From NCBI GenBank assembly GCA_036393895.1, contig DASWGE010000178.1, forward strand, positions 1 to 37,171: 37,171 nt of DNA, in the 5' to 3' direction. Every line of letters starts with the position of its first letter. Positions within the stretch are counted from its first letter, which is position 1. Source of the DNA: Streptosporangiaceae bacterium. GTDB lineage: Bacteria > Actinomycetota > Actinomycetes > Streptosporangiales > Streptosporangiaceae. The notes under the pieces were generated by a model. The model made no database searches and was not told the DNA's origin. It worked only from the letters and a program-made list of their open reading frames with translations. A program made the translations under genes and the position numbers. Below are positions 1-8,398 of the stretch, in pieces.

Positions 1-285
1 TACCACCCGCCGGACCGGCTCCAGAACCTGATCCGCGCCCGGCAGCGGACCTGCTCCTTCCCCGGATGCCGGCGCCCCGCCACCCGCTGCGACCTGGACC
101 ACACCCTCGCCTACGACCAGGGCGGCCGCACCTGCGAGTGCAATTTGTCGCCTTTGTGCCGACGGCACCACCGCACCAAACAGGCCGCCGGCTGGACGCT
201 AACCCAGCCCGAACCCGGCGTCCTGATCTGGGCCACCCCGCACGGCCGCACCTACACCGTCACCCCAGACCCCTACCTCGTCTAA
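1..285 (+). CDS. HNH endonuclease, DUF222/13E12-repeat type, C-terminal part (5' end outside window)
   Basis: Frame 1 is open from base 1 to TAA at 283-285. The translation is YHPPDRLQNLIRARQRTCSFPGCRRPATRCDLDHTLAYDQGGRTCECNLSPLCRRHHRTKQAAGWT..., which contains the CxxC / D-H / N / CxxHH HNH signature typical of actinobacterial DUF222 proteins. Confidence 0.8.
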   Translation, partial: YHPPDRLQNLIRARQRTCSFPGCRRPATRCDLDHTLAYDQGGRTCECNLSPLCRRHHRTKQAAGWTLTQPEPGVLIWATPHGRTYTVTPDPYLV

Positions 286-377
286 CCAGAAGTTTCGCCG
301 ACCAGCGCCTTCAGCGCGCCGAAACTCGCAGCTACGGGTGTCCTCTTGAGTATGGAAGCTCTTCTGAGCCCAGCCAA

Positions 378-490
378 CTGCGGTAGGGCCGGACCGGGTC
401 GCCAAGCGGCTGGAGTTCTCTGGCAGTCGGCGTCGGAATGCCCCGCGCGAGCCCACAGCCTTTCCTGACCCCGAGGTCGGCGGTCGGCCA
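378..490 (-). pseudogene. Internal fragment of a HhH-GPD DNA glycosylase paralog (no start, own frame ends shortly after)
   Basis: The 113 bp align without gaps to 4485-4597 inside the intact glycosylase gene, with 10 mismatches by hand count (about 91% identity). The minus-strand translation WPTADLGVRKGCGLARGIPTPTARELQPLGDPVRPYRS matches WPTGDLGVRKGFGLAWGIPTPTAKELQPLGDPFRPYRS. Homology stops sharply on both sides. Confidence 0.6.
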
Positions 491-554
491 TCCGCGAGCC
501 CGTTCCTTGGCCTCTGGGCACGGCGCGTCCCGGCTGGTGCCGGGCTGCAGCTGC

Positions 555-1193
555 TCAGGAGCCCAGGTAGCGCAGAACGGCCAGCACCCGGCGGTTGTCG
601 TTCTCCGACGGTGGCAGACCTAGCTTGCCGAAAATGCTGGCCACGTGCTTCTCCACCGCCCCCGTAGACAGGACGAGCGCCCTGCTGATGCCCGCGTTCG
701 ACCGACCCTCCGCCATCAGGGTAAGGACCTCGCGCTCGCGCGGTGTTAGCGCGGCTACGCCCGGCTGCCTTGCTGCTAGCAGTTGGCTGACGACCTCGGG
801 ATCGAGCGCAGTCCCGCCGGCACTTACGCGGGCTAGGGCGTCGGCGAACTCGGCCACGTCGGCGACCCTGTCCTTCAGCAGGTAACCCACGCCGGCGGCG
901 CCGCCTGCCAGCAGCTCAGACGCGTACCTGGTCTCGATGTACTGCGAGAACACCAGCACTCCGGTGCCCGGATACCGGTCCCGCAATTCCAGCGCCGCCC
1001 GCAGTCCCTCATCGGTGTAGGTCGGCGGCATCCGGACGTCTACCACCGCGACGTCGGGACGATGCTGGGCCACCGCGGCAAGCAGCGCCTCACCATCGGC
1101 GACGGCGGCGCAGACCTCATGGCCGCGTTCGGTGAGCAGCCGGGTCAGGCCCTCCCGCATCATGGCCGCATCTTCGGCGATAACCACCCGCAT
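555..1193 (-). CDS. LuxR/NarL-family two-component response regulator
   Basis: Receiver domain MRVVIAEDAAMMREGL...DVAVVDVRMPP plus a C-terminal LuxR HTH LTPREREVLTLMAEGRSNAGIS. ATG at 1193 is preceded by GAGGA. An alternative GTG at 1205 overlaps the kinase stop (GTGA). Confidence 0.9.
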   Translation of the reverse strand: MRVVIAEDAAMMREGLTRLLTERGHEVCAAVADGEALLAAVAQHRPDVAVVDVRMPPTYTDEGLRAALELRDRYPGTGVLVFSQYIETRYASELLAGGAAGVGYLLKDRVADVAEFADALARVSAGGTALDPEVVSQLLAARQPGVAALTPREREVLTLMAEGRSNAGISRALVLSTGAVEKHVASIFGKLGLPPSENDNRRVLAVLRYLGS

Positions 1194-1201
1194 GTGCGTC
1201 C

Positions 1202-2590
1202 TCACACACGCAGCGGTAGGTCGACGCAGATCCGGGTCGGGCCGCCGGGCGGACTGCTGATCTCCATGTGACCGTCAACTATGCGGATGCGCTGCGCGAG
1301 TCCGGCCAGGCCGGTTCCGTGCGGGTCGGCGCCACCGGCGCCGTCGTCGCTGACCGTGAGGCGCAGCGTCGAATCCCGCTGCGCGGCCTCGAGCATGATC
1401 GTCTCTGCGCGGCTGTGCTTCACCGCGTTGGCTAGCAGCTCGGCAGCGCAGAAGTAACCGATCGACTCGATCGCCGCCGAGGGGCGCCTGGCAATGCTGG
1501 TCGTCAGCTTGACCGGAACCGCGCTGCCCGCGACCAGCGTGGCCAGTGCGTCGGTCAGGCCGTTGTCGAGCACAGGCGGGTGAATGCCCTTGGCCAGCTC
1601 ACGGAGCTCGCCGAGCGCATCCTTGGCGCCCTGGTGGGCTGCGTCGACGAGCTCGCGGACCGCCGCAAGATCGGAAGGGTCACCGTCGGCGCCGAGTTTC
1701 TCCCTGGCCATGCCGAGGTTCATCGCCAGCGTTGCCAACCGGATCTGTGCACCGTCGTGCAGGTTGCGCTCTACCTGGCGGAGAACCGCGGCGGAATCGT
1801 TGACCGCCAGCGCCCGGGTCCGCTCCAGGTCACGCACCCGCTGCGCCAGCGTCCGCGGCCCGAGCAGGACGCGGATGAGCCAGCGGTCCACCCAGACGAC
1901 TGCCCGGGTGACCCAGGGGGCGGCCAGCACCATGCCGACGCCCGCGGCGAAGGCGGCGAACGTACCGGGGAAGGTGGCGACCCGGAAGGTGCCAGAGCCG
2001 AACAGACCGAAGGGCGTAAAGACAGGAACCGGACTCAGGTGTGTGCCCGGCGGGTGGTTGCGCATCAATCCCCACCAGAACGGATAGGTCAGGTCGGCGA
2101 TCCCGGCAGCCCACCAGGCGACGGCATAGAACTCGAACACGGCGACCGGGAACTTCAGCAACAGATAGACCGTCGCCCTCCAGCCAGGACCGTCGCGGAA
2201 CCTGGCTGCGAGCCAGCCTTGTTTCCCGGGCCGAGCGGGCAGTCCGTGGCGCGTGCGCAGCGGCGGCGGCTCGCTGATCCGCTCGGCGAGAAGCCAGGCT
2301 GCCAGCCAGCGGATAACGCCGCCCAGCGGCCGGGCGGCGGCGAGCGCCAAAATGAGCAACAGCAGCACGAGGACCGGGGCCCAGATCGCGGTCCATGCGG
2401 CGGAATCCGGGGTGGGCCCTGCCGCGGTCGCAATGGCGAGGGCACCCCCGAACGCGATGCCCAGGAAGCCGAACCCGATCGGCGCGCCAGCCAGCGCGAA
2501 TAGCGCCTCCCGGCGGGCTCGGCCAGTGACCGGGGCGACAAGCGCCGCACGCGCGATCACCCGCACCCTCGCGACACCGGCCTGGTCCAT
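1202..2590 (-). CDS. Sensor histidine kinase (HisKA_3 / HATPase_c) with polytopic N-terminal sensor region
   Basis: 462-aa ORF. H-box NLHDGAQIRLATLAMNL, N-box AELLANAVKHS and G-box VSDDGAGGAD. There are several hydrophobic segments in the N-terminal half. GGGAGAC sits upstream of the ATG. Confidence 0.9.
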   Translation of the reverse strand: MDQAGVARVRVIARAALVAPVTGRARREALFALAGAPIGFGFLGIAFGGALAIATAAGPTPDSAAWTAIWAPVLVLLLLILALAAARPLGGVIRWLAAWLLAERISEPPPLRTRHGLPARPGKQGWLAARFRDGPGWRATVYLLLKFPVAVFEFYAVAWWAAGIADLTYPFWWGLMRNHPPGTHLSPVPVFTPFGLFGSGTFRVATFPGTFAAFAAGVGMVLAAPWVTRAVVWVDRWLIRVLLGPRTLAQRVRDLERTRALAVNDSAAVLRQVERNLHDGAQIRLATLAMNLGMAREKLGADGDPSDLAAVRELVDAAHQGAKDALGELRELAKGIHPPVLDNGLTDALATLVAGSAVPVKLTTSIARRPSAAIESIGYFCAAELLANAVKHSRAETIMLEAAQRDSTLRLTVSDDGAGGADPHGTGLAGLAQRIRIVDGHMEISSPPGGPTRICVDLPLRV

Positions 2591-2625
2591 GCCGACAGTC
2601 TCCCAGTGGGTCCGGTTAATGCTGA

Positions 2626-3441
2626 TCAGGCATCACGTCTGGACAGGAGCCACCCGCCTACGCCAAGAGCCACGGCGGCGTACAGGCACAGCACGCCGAG
2701 TCCCGCCCACGCCGACAGGAAGTGCGGGCAGCTGGCGGCACCCGGGCCGCAGGTTTCCGGCTTGGTCGTGGCGAGAGAATTCGCGATGATCGAGATCGGC
2801 AGGTAGGCGATCGCCCCGTGGGCCAGCGCGCCGATGAGCTGCGCCAGGATCCACACGCCGCCGACCAGCACGCCGATGGCCGCGGCGGTGTGCCGGACCA
2901 TGGCGCCCAGGCCCAGGCCAAGCAGCCCAATCAGGCTGAAGCTCGCCCCGGACAGGACCACTGCCCGCAGCACACCAGGTTGCGACAGCGTGGGCGCCGC
3001 TATGCCGCCCCGGAGGGCGGCACCGCCCGCGATGAACGCGATGAACGATGCGGCCTCCCCCAGGGCCAGCGTTACGCCGCCGAATACTGCTGCCTTGGCG
3101 GCCAGCACCAGCGGCCGGTTCGGGACCGCGGCCAGGGTGGCGCGGATCAGCCCGGAGGTGTATTCGCTCGTCGTGATCATCACCCCGAGCACGCCGGTGA
3201 GCAGCAGTCCGGGGATCACGCCGGCCAGGGCGTTGTTGGTCAAATCGCCGGACGCGTTTTTGGTGTTGAGCCCGATGACGATCGCCATGGCGATGGCCCC
3301 GGCAACGGTGATGGCCAGCGTCCACCACGTAGACCGCAGGGTCCGGAGCTTGATCCATTCCATCGCGGCCACCTGCAGGAACCGGTAGTGCACGCGCGAG
3401 GCCGGATTGCTTCCGGCCACAGAGGCTGGAGCGGCGGTCAT
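2626..3441 (-). CDS. ABC-2 type transporter permease
   Basis: 271-aa ORF that is strongly hydrophobic with about 6 predicted TM segments. Its ATG overlaps the stop of the upstream ATPase gene (ATGA at 3438-3441). Confidence 0.8.
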   Translation of the reverse strand: MTAAPASVAGSNPASRVHYRFLQVAAMEWIKLRTLRSTWWTLAITVAGAIAMAIVIGLNTKNASGDLTNNALAGVIPGLLLTGVLGVMITTSEYTSGLIRATLAAVPNRPLVLAAKAAVFGGVTLALGEAASFIAFIAGGAALRGGIAAPTLSQPGVLRAVVLSGASFSLIGLLGLGLGAMVRHTAAAIGVLVGGVWILAQLIGALAHGAIAYLPISIIANSLATTKPETCGPGAASCPHFLSAWAGLGVLCLYAAVALGVGGWLLSRRDA

Positions 3442-4202
3442 GACGTCCTGCCTGAGGCGCGGTTCTCGTTTCGTTCCTCAGCCCGGTCTTTGGCCCGGAA
3501 GTCGGCAGTGCCTGAGGTCAGTTCCAGGAACGCGTCCTCCAGCGAGGCGGACCCGGTCGACAGCTCAGCGACGGTGGTATCGGCGAGCAGGCGCCCGCCA
3601 CCGATGATAATCAGCCGGTCGGCGGTGAGCGCCATCTCGCTGATCAGGTGGCTCGAGACGAACACGGTCCTGCCTTCGGCGGCCAGCGATCGCATCAGGG
3701 TCCTGATCCAGCGGATTCCCTCCGGGTCGAGGCCGTTGACCGTCTCGTCGAACAGCAGCACCGGCGGATCGCCCAGCAGCGCCGATGCGATGCCGAGGCG
3801 CTGGGCCATGCCTAGGGAGAAGTTGCCGGCCCGGCGGGCCGCAGCGCTCGTGAGTCCGACGATGCCCAGGACCTCGTCGACTCTTGCTGCCGGGATCTTG
3901 TTGCTCGCGGCAAGCGCCGCCAGGTGGGCGCGGGCCGAGCGGCCCGGATGGAAAGCCTTGGCCTCGAGCAGCGCTCCGACCTCGCGCAGCGGCCAGCCAA
4001 GCTCGCCGTAACGGCGTCCGCCGATCACGGCTGAGCCGCGGTCCGGGTGGTCAAGGCCGAGGATCATCCGCATCGTCGTCGACTTGCCTGAGCCGTTCGG
4101 GCCCAGGAACCCGGTCACGCTACCGGGTCGGAGGCCGAAGCTCAGCGCATCCACTGCCAGAACTCTGCCGTAGCGCTTTGTCAGCCCGCGGACCTCGATC
4201 AC
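3438..4202 (-). CDS. ABC transporter ATP-binding protein
   Basis: Walker A GPNGSGKST, signature-like FSLGMAQRL and Walker B VLLFDE. GTG at 4202 is preceded by GGGAGGG with a 5-nt spacer. The maximal ORF extends to ATG at 4241. Confidence 0.9.
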   Translation of the reverse strand: MIEVRGLTKRYGRVLAVDALSFGLRPGSVTGFLGPNGSGKSTTMRMILGLDHPDRGSAVIGGRRYGELGWPLREVGALLEAKAFHPGRSARAHLAALAASNKIPAARVDEVLGIVGLTSAAARRAGNFSLGMAQRLGIASALLGDPPVLLFDETVNGLDPEGIRWIRTLMRSLAAEGRTVFVSSHLISEMALTADRLIIIGGGRLLADTTVAELSTGSASLEDAFLELTSGTADFRAKDRAEERNENRASGRTS

Positions 4203-4411
4203 GAGTCCCTCCCGGAAGCGCGGATGCTGCCCGGTGCGCATTTCGTTAGCTTCAGGTTGTCTGCCATGCCATCCACGCTAGGAATCAGTCGGCCCGCCAG
4301 GAACGTGGCAAGCACCCCTCTTCACACGGGGGTTTTCCTCCGGTGCGCGGCCACGGTTGGAAGATGCCGCTGCCAGGTCCGGGCGATGCTGCTGATCTGT
4401 CGTTGGCTGGA

Positions 4412-5080
4412 TCAGCGGGTGAGGGCGCTCTGCCCCGCGCCTGCGTAGAGCTCCGCTGCGCGCCAGCAGTACCAGGCCGCGACGCTGCGGTAGGGCCGGA
4501 ACGGGTCGCCAAGCGGCTGGAGCTCTTTAGCGGTCGGCGTCGGAATGCCCCACGCGAGCCCGAAGCCTTTCCTGACCCCGAGGTCGCCCGTCGGCCAGAC
4601 GTCCAGGCGCCGGAGCCGGAAGAGCAGGAACATATCCGCCGTCCACTGCCCGATTCCGCGGACGGACGAAAGCCTCACTGCGATCTCTTCGTCGCTCAGC
4701 CCTCGCAGCCGGCGCGGGTCAAGCACGACCGTCCCGTCGAGCACCTTGGTTGCCAGATCGCGCAAGGAGGCGACCTTGGCCGCGGACAGACCAACGGAAC
4801 GTAGCGTTTCGTCGGAGAGCGGCAGCAGCCGTTCTGGCGTCACCTCACCGCTCATGGCCGCGATCAGGCGGCCGTGAATCGCAGCAGCTGCCGCGCCGGC
4901 CAGCTGCTGGTACACGATCGCGCGGACTAGGGCGGCGAAATGCCCTTCGGTGAGCGCCTGCAGGCGCGGCGGACCTGCCTGCTCAATCAGACGGCGCAGC
5001 ACGGGATCCCGCTCAGCCAGGATCGCGGCGGCCGCCGGGTAGCCGCGGACCGGCCGATCGCCTGCTGGCTGACTGGGCAT
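4412..5080 (-). CDS. DNA-3-methyladenine glycosylase II-like (short HhH-GPD family) base-excision repair enzyme
   Basis: HhH motif VRGIGQWTADMFLLF followed by the catalytic-Asp region DVWPTGDLGVRKG. ATG at 5080 gives about 222 aa. The longer ORF to 5215 would overlap the upstream gene. Confidence 0.8.
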   Translation of the reverse strand: MPSQPAGDRPVRGYPAAAAILAERDPVLRRLIEQAGPPRLQALTEGHFAALVRAIVYQQLAGAAAAAIHGRLIAAMSGEVTPERLLPLSDETLRSVGLSAAKVASLRDLATKVLDGTVVLDPRRLRGLSDEEIAVRLSSVRGIGQWTADMFLLFRLRRLDVWPTGDLGVRKGFGLAWGIPTPTAKELQPLGDPFRPYRSVAAWYCWRAAELYAGAGQSALTR

Positions 5081-5177
5081 GAGCTTGATCCTATTTCCTC
5101 GCGCGATCGCGCTACCGCGGTTGGCCTGGCGAGCGGTGGTCGCGCCGACGAATGCGGCGGCGTTGGACGCCTGCTGT

Positions 5178-6530
5178 TCAATCCTGAAAGCCGCTGACTT
5201 CCTCTTCTGACCCACTCACCGCGCTGTCGGTCAGATCCTGGCGCGCAGGATCATCCTCGCGCGGATCAGCGCTGCTTTCGAGTGCGGTGTCCTCCCGGTA
5301 ATCGGTGGCAATGTCGATGACCTGAGTTTGCGGAAGGAACGAAGGGTCGAGCCGCACCAAGTCCCATTCGTTGATCCAGGACCGCACATATTGCCGCATC
5401 CGGGTGGCCCCAAGCCGTTCCAGGCCAGCTACGTCTGGCGGTGACCAGCCGAATGCGTCGCCGTGCAGCTTCTTGAGCGACCCGTATGCGCGGTCAAGCT
5501 CGTCATTGTCCGGCGGCTCGAGCAGGAGCATGTCGTGCTCGATGTGGCGCATGCCCGCCTCAGCGAGCCCCGCCGTGACATCCCACTCAGGTGACTCCTT
5601 GGCTCGGAGTCGTGCCGGGATCTGGTTGCGATCGTCCTTGCCCGTCAGAACGGCGGCTTCGAAGTCATCTGTCATCGCAAATACCGTGACCAGCGGCAAC
5701 CCTGAGCCGCCCTCCCGGCCGGCCAGCCACCTGGCCAGTTCGGCATACGAACGTCCTCGTTGCAGCAGTGAATAGCGGCCGATCAGCTCGACCTCGTCGA
5801 AGAAGATAACCCAGCCCTTGTGCCCGGCCGCTCGCAGCAGGCGGGCAGCGAATGAGAACCGCTGGCGCGCGAGTTCGCGCGCGGTCACCGGCGCAAAGTT
5901 AAAAAGGCCCGCCGCCCCGACCGACCGGAGCGCGCGGCGCAGGTCGGTCATTCGCAGCGGCTCGCCGCCCCAGAACCGGACGAGGGCGTCGACCGTCTCA
6001 TCGCTGCCTGGCACATCGCCACCGCGAAGCCGCTCGTGGCAGAGCAGGGTGGCCGGAAATCGCTCGTCGAGTCCGCTCACCGGAGAATTCACCCAGCGGC
6101 TCAGCTCGGCATAACGCGGCGTATCGGGGTCCAGCGCAGCGGCGGATTCGGTCAGTACTCCGTGCGCGCGTCCCGGGTCCACGGCCGTCTGAGTGGCGGC
6201 TCGGAATACCTTCACTGGATCGTGAAGCGGCGTCTCCTTGCTGATAACGACCGTGCTCACCACAAAGCCCGATGTCATGGCCAGGTGGCCCAGGTGGGTC
6301 AGAAGGTGACTCTTTCCTGAGCCAAACCCGCCGCCCAGCAGGAGTCCCGGTGACTCAGATCCAAGCCTCGCTGGCTCACTCGCGCGTTCTAGAAGGGCCG
6401 TGAACCGATCCTCGGTCGCCGGCTGGCCAGAGCCGAGCACCGCGACGGCGTCCCAGCTTGGCACGCCCGACCGGAGCGCCTCAACAGCCCGGCGCCTGGC
6501 GATTAGTTCCTGGCTCATCGGCCCGCTCAT
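5178..6530 (-). CDS. BrxD-like (DUF2791-type) P-loop NTPase with acidic C-terminal tail
   Basis: 450-aa ORF. The N-terminus RRRAVEALRSGVPSWDAVAVLGSGQ is followed by Walker A GGGFGSGKSH and Walker B WVIFFDEVE. The tail is ...ESSADPREDDPARQDLTDSAVSGSEEEVSGFQD. The start overlaps the upstream stop (ATGA). The family assignment is from memory of DUF2791/BrxD sequence features and is not searched. Confidence 0.7.
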   Translation of the reverse strand: MSGPMSQELIARRRAVEALRSGVPSWDAVAVLGSGQPATEDRFTALLERASEPARLGSESPGLLLGGGFGSGKSHLLTHLGHLAMTSGFVVSTVVISKETPLHDPVKVFRAATQTAVDPGRAHGVLTESAAALDPDTPRYAELSRWVNSPVSGLDERFPATLLCHERLRGGDVPGSDETVDALVRFWGGEPLRMTDLRRALRSVGAAGLFNFAPVTARELARQRFSFAARLLRAAGHKGWVIFFDEVELIGRYSLLQRGRSYAELARWLAGREGGSGLPLVTVFAMTDDFEAAVLTGKDDRNQIPARLRAKESPEWDVTAGLAEAGMRHIEHDMLLLEPPDNDELDRAYGSLKKLHGDAFGWSPPDVAGLERLGATRMRQYVRSWINEWDLVRLDPSFLPQTQVIDIATDYREDTALESSADPREDDPARQDLTDSAVSGSEEEVSGFQD

Positions 6531-7546
6531 GCGATCGCTTCCAACCGGACCTCGAGCCGTATCAGGGCGGCGAAGGGATTGGCGCGCCGCCGGTCACGAA
6601 CTTCATCGGCGACCCTGAGCTGCAGCGCCGAGTAGGCGGGCAGGCCCCGGGACTCATCGGTCATCAGTTCGGGCGGGATCACCGCTACGACGAGGACACC
6701 TCGCAGTTCGTCGGTGGAATCGATGAACTGGCGCAGCACCTCGTAGGCATCGAGGACCGCGGCCTTTGAGTAGTAGAAGCCATCCCTGGCTTCCGCGGGC
6801 GGGCGCCGTGCTACAGCGAGCCGGCCGTAGTCGAGGTGCAGAACCAGGCCGCCTTGACCAGCCGCCAGGAGCAAGGCCGCGGTGGACAGGAGCATGGCCC
6901 TGGCGTTGTGCCGGCCGATACGGGTGTAGATGAGCGCGGATCGCAGCGCCGCGATAGATCGCAGTTCGCCGCGTAGCCAGCCGAGCACGGCCTCGTGCTC
7001 GGCCGTGTCGACGTCCCCTGCTCCTAGCTGCGCCTGTGCAATGCGCAGCATCGCGCGGCCCATCTCGGCCGTGATCGCAGGATCGTCCAGCAACCTGCGC
7101 TCAAGCAGCCGGCGGACGCTGCGGTAAAGCTCGCGGGCGTCCACGTCATGACGACGGGCGACCTCTGCCACCACCAGCGGAGCGCCGGGCGGGACGGGGA
7201 AAGCCGCGTGCTCATACGCAGCGCGCACATGAGCGGCCGCCAGCCCGTGCCAGTCGACCGCCCTGGACACGGCGAAGAAGATCTGGTCGACCATGTGGAC
7301 GCGGGCTGAGTCGGCCGAGATGCTGACCCAGAGGCTGGCGTGGTCGGCCGCAGCCGCTGCCAGCGCTGACTCGAGCCGGTCGGCAGCCTGGCTATCGCCC
7401 ACCACTGCTACCTTGACCGCTGCGCCGCCGGCCGACACGTAACGTGCCAGGTACTCGCGAGCGAGGAATTCGGCGTAGTCATCGACCTTCAAAATGCCTC
7501 CGCCCAGCACGCCACTCGGCGCCATGAGCTGGCCCGAACTAGTCAT
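6527..7546 (-). CDS. Hypothetical protein, probable degenerate (Walker-A-less) ATPase-fold partner of the downstream P-loop protein
   Basis: 339-aa ORF with ATGA overlaps at both ends. The strand-loop AVKVAVVGDSQAADR sits where a P-loop would be, with no GK[ST]. There is a hydrophobic strand plus Asp, GGLVLHLDYG (Walker-B-like), and later GVLVVAVIPPELMTDE, which parallels LPLVTVFAMTDDFE in the neighbour. Paralogy is inferred. Confidence 0.6.
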   Translation of the reverse strand: MTSSGQLMAPSGVLGGGILKVDDYAEFLAREYLARYVSAGGAAVKVAVVGDSQAADRLESALAAAAADHASLWVSISADSARVHMVDQIFFAVSRAVDWHGLAAAHVRAAYEHAAFPVPPGAPLVVAEVARRHDVDARELYRSVRRLLERRLLDDPAITAEMGRAMLRIAQAQLGAGDVDTAEHEAVLGWLRGELRSIAALRSALIYTRIGRHNARAMLLSTAALLLAAGQGGLVLHLDYGRLAVARRPPAEARDGFYYSKAAVLDAYEVLRQFIDSTDELRGVLVVAVIPPELMTDESRGLPAYSALQLRVADEVRDRRRANPFAALIRLEVRLEAIA

Positions 7547-8331
7547 TGCGGCACCGGTGCTGTGAACGACACACCCCAGTAGCGTTGCTGCTGGCCCGTC
7601 CGGGCAACGGTGGTGAGCACCCCGGCGGTCCGGGTACCGCTGCTGGCATGCCAGCGCAACGCCCTTCCGGCCTTGGTCACCCGCTCGCTGCTTTGATCGA
7701 GCAGATAGAGGTCGCGCGCGAACTCGGGGCGGGTGTACTCCTTTCCCTGTCCTGGTAGCAAGGTCAGCACGGACCAGATGTCCACAAGGCGCACTACGGC
7801 ATCCGGCTTCTTCCCGGTCCGGGCAACCACCAGCTCGTAGCCGGTTGCCAGGCTCTCCAGGAACTGCGCGGAACGGAACTTGGGCGGTCGCTGCTGTCCG
7901 GCTGACAGCAGCCCGATCAGCGCCGATGGACGCAGCCGCCGCTCCCGCTTTCGATCGATCTCGACCAGCGCGTCGGCCGGCACGACACGCACGATCGACG
8001 GATAGCAGAGCAGCCGTTCGTCCTCCTCGAACATCGCCAGACCTCGATCGGCAGCGAGCGCCAGCAGTTCCTTGGCATATTCTCCAGAGCCGAGGTACGC
8101 GGACTCGTCGAGGTCGAACGAGGCCCGCACGTCCTGCACCGTGAAGGACATTTCGTTAGCAAGCTCGGCGGCCGCGCCAAGCGCGCGCCGCAGTTCCCGT
8201 ACCTCGCCGCCCTCAGCGGCTGCTTTGGCCTTGCGGAGCTCCCTGGTCAGAACGCCGGCCGACTTGAGCGCAGCCGCCGCCCCATCGGCTGTGCCGCTTA
8301 GCGCTGATTCGAACCTGCCCGCAGACTCCAC
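7543..8331 (-). CDS. Hypothetical protein, Ala/Arg-rich helical N-terminus plus unrecognised C-terminal domain (first gene of the three-gene cassette)
   Basis: The ORF is open to 8631, but that extension overlaps the divergent methyltransferase gene. An in-frame GTG at 8331 is preceded by GAAGGAG with a 5-nt spacer. Sequence: VESAGRFESALSGTADGAAAALKSAGVLTRELRKAKAAAEGGEVRELRRALGAAAELANE... ...RYWGVSFTAPVPQ. I recognise no motif. Confidence 0.6.
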   Translation of the reverse strand: MESAGRFESALSGTADGAAAALKSAGVLTRELRKAKAAAEGGEVRELRRALGAAAELANEMSFTVQDVRASFDLDESAYLGSGEYAKELLALAADRGLAMFEEDERLLCYPSIVRVVPADALVEIDRKRERRLRPSALIGLLSAGQQRPPKFRSAQFLESLATGYELVVARTGKKPDAVVRLVDIWSVLTLLPGQGKEYTRPEFARDLYLLDQSSERVTKAGRALRWHASSGTRTAGVLTTVARTGQQQRYWGVSFTAPVPQ

Positions 8332-8384
8332 TCTGGCTCCTTCAAACCGCCCGGATGACACTCTAACGTTGGCCACAGACGACG

Positions 8385-8398
8385 CCGATTCAAATCGG
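8385..8398. promoter_or_regulatory. 14-bp palindrome CCGATTcaAATCGG in the divergent intergenic region (possible operator)
   Basis: Perfect 6+6 inverted repeat in an unusually AT-rich patch about 55 nt upstream of the proposed cassette start. Related TTCGAA/TTCAAA cores occur at 8306-8314 and 8341-8346. Confidence 0.2.

Noticed and set aside
287-330. Imperfect inverted repeat (AGTTTCG ... CGAAACT) just downstream of the HNH gene, as a possible terminator.
   Set aside because: The loop is about 22 nt, the extended stem has one mismatch, and there is no U-tract. Support is weak.
4314-4336. ACCCC...GGGGGTTTT hairpin with a T-tract on the plus strand, between the ABC operon start and the glycosylase stop.
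   Set aside because: The stem is only 4-5 bp, and no plus-strand gene ends upstream of it. On the relevant minus strand there is no U-tract. It is probably fortuitous.
4388-4419. GCTGATC...GATCAGC inverted repeat overlapping the glycosylase stop codon.
   Set aside because: A short 7-9 bp stem with a 12-nt loop and no U-tract. It cannot be distinguished from chance in GC-rich DNA.
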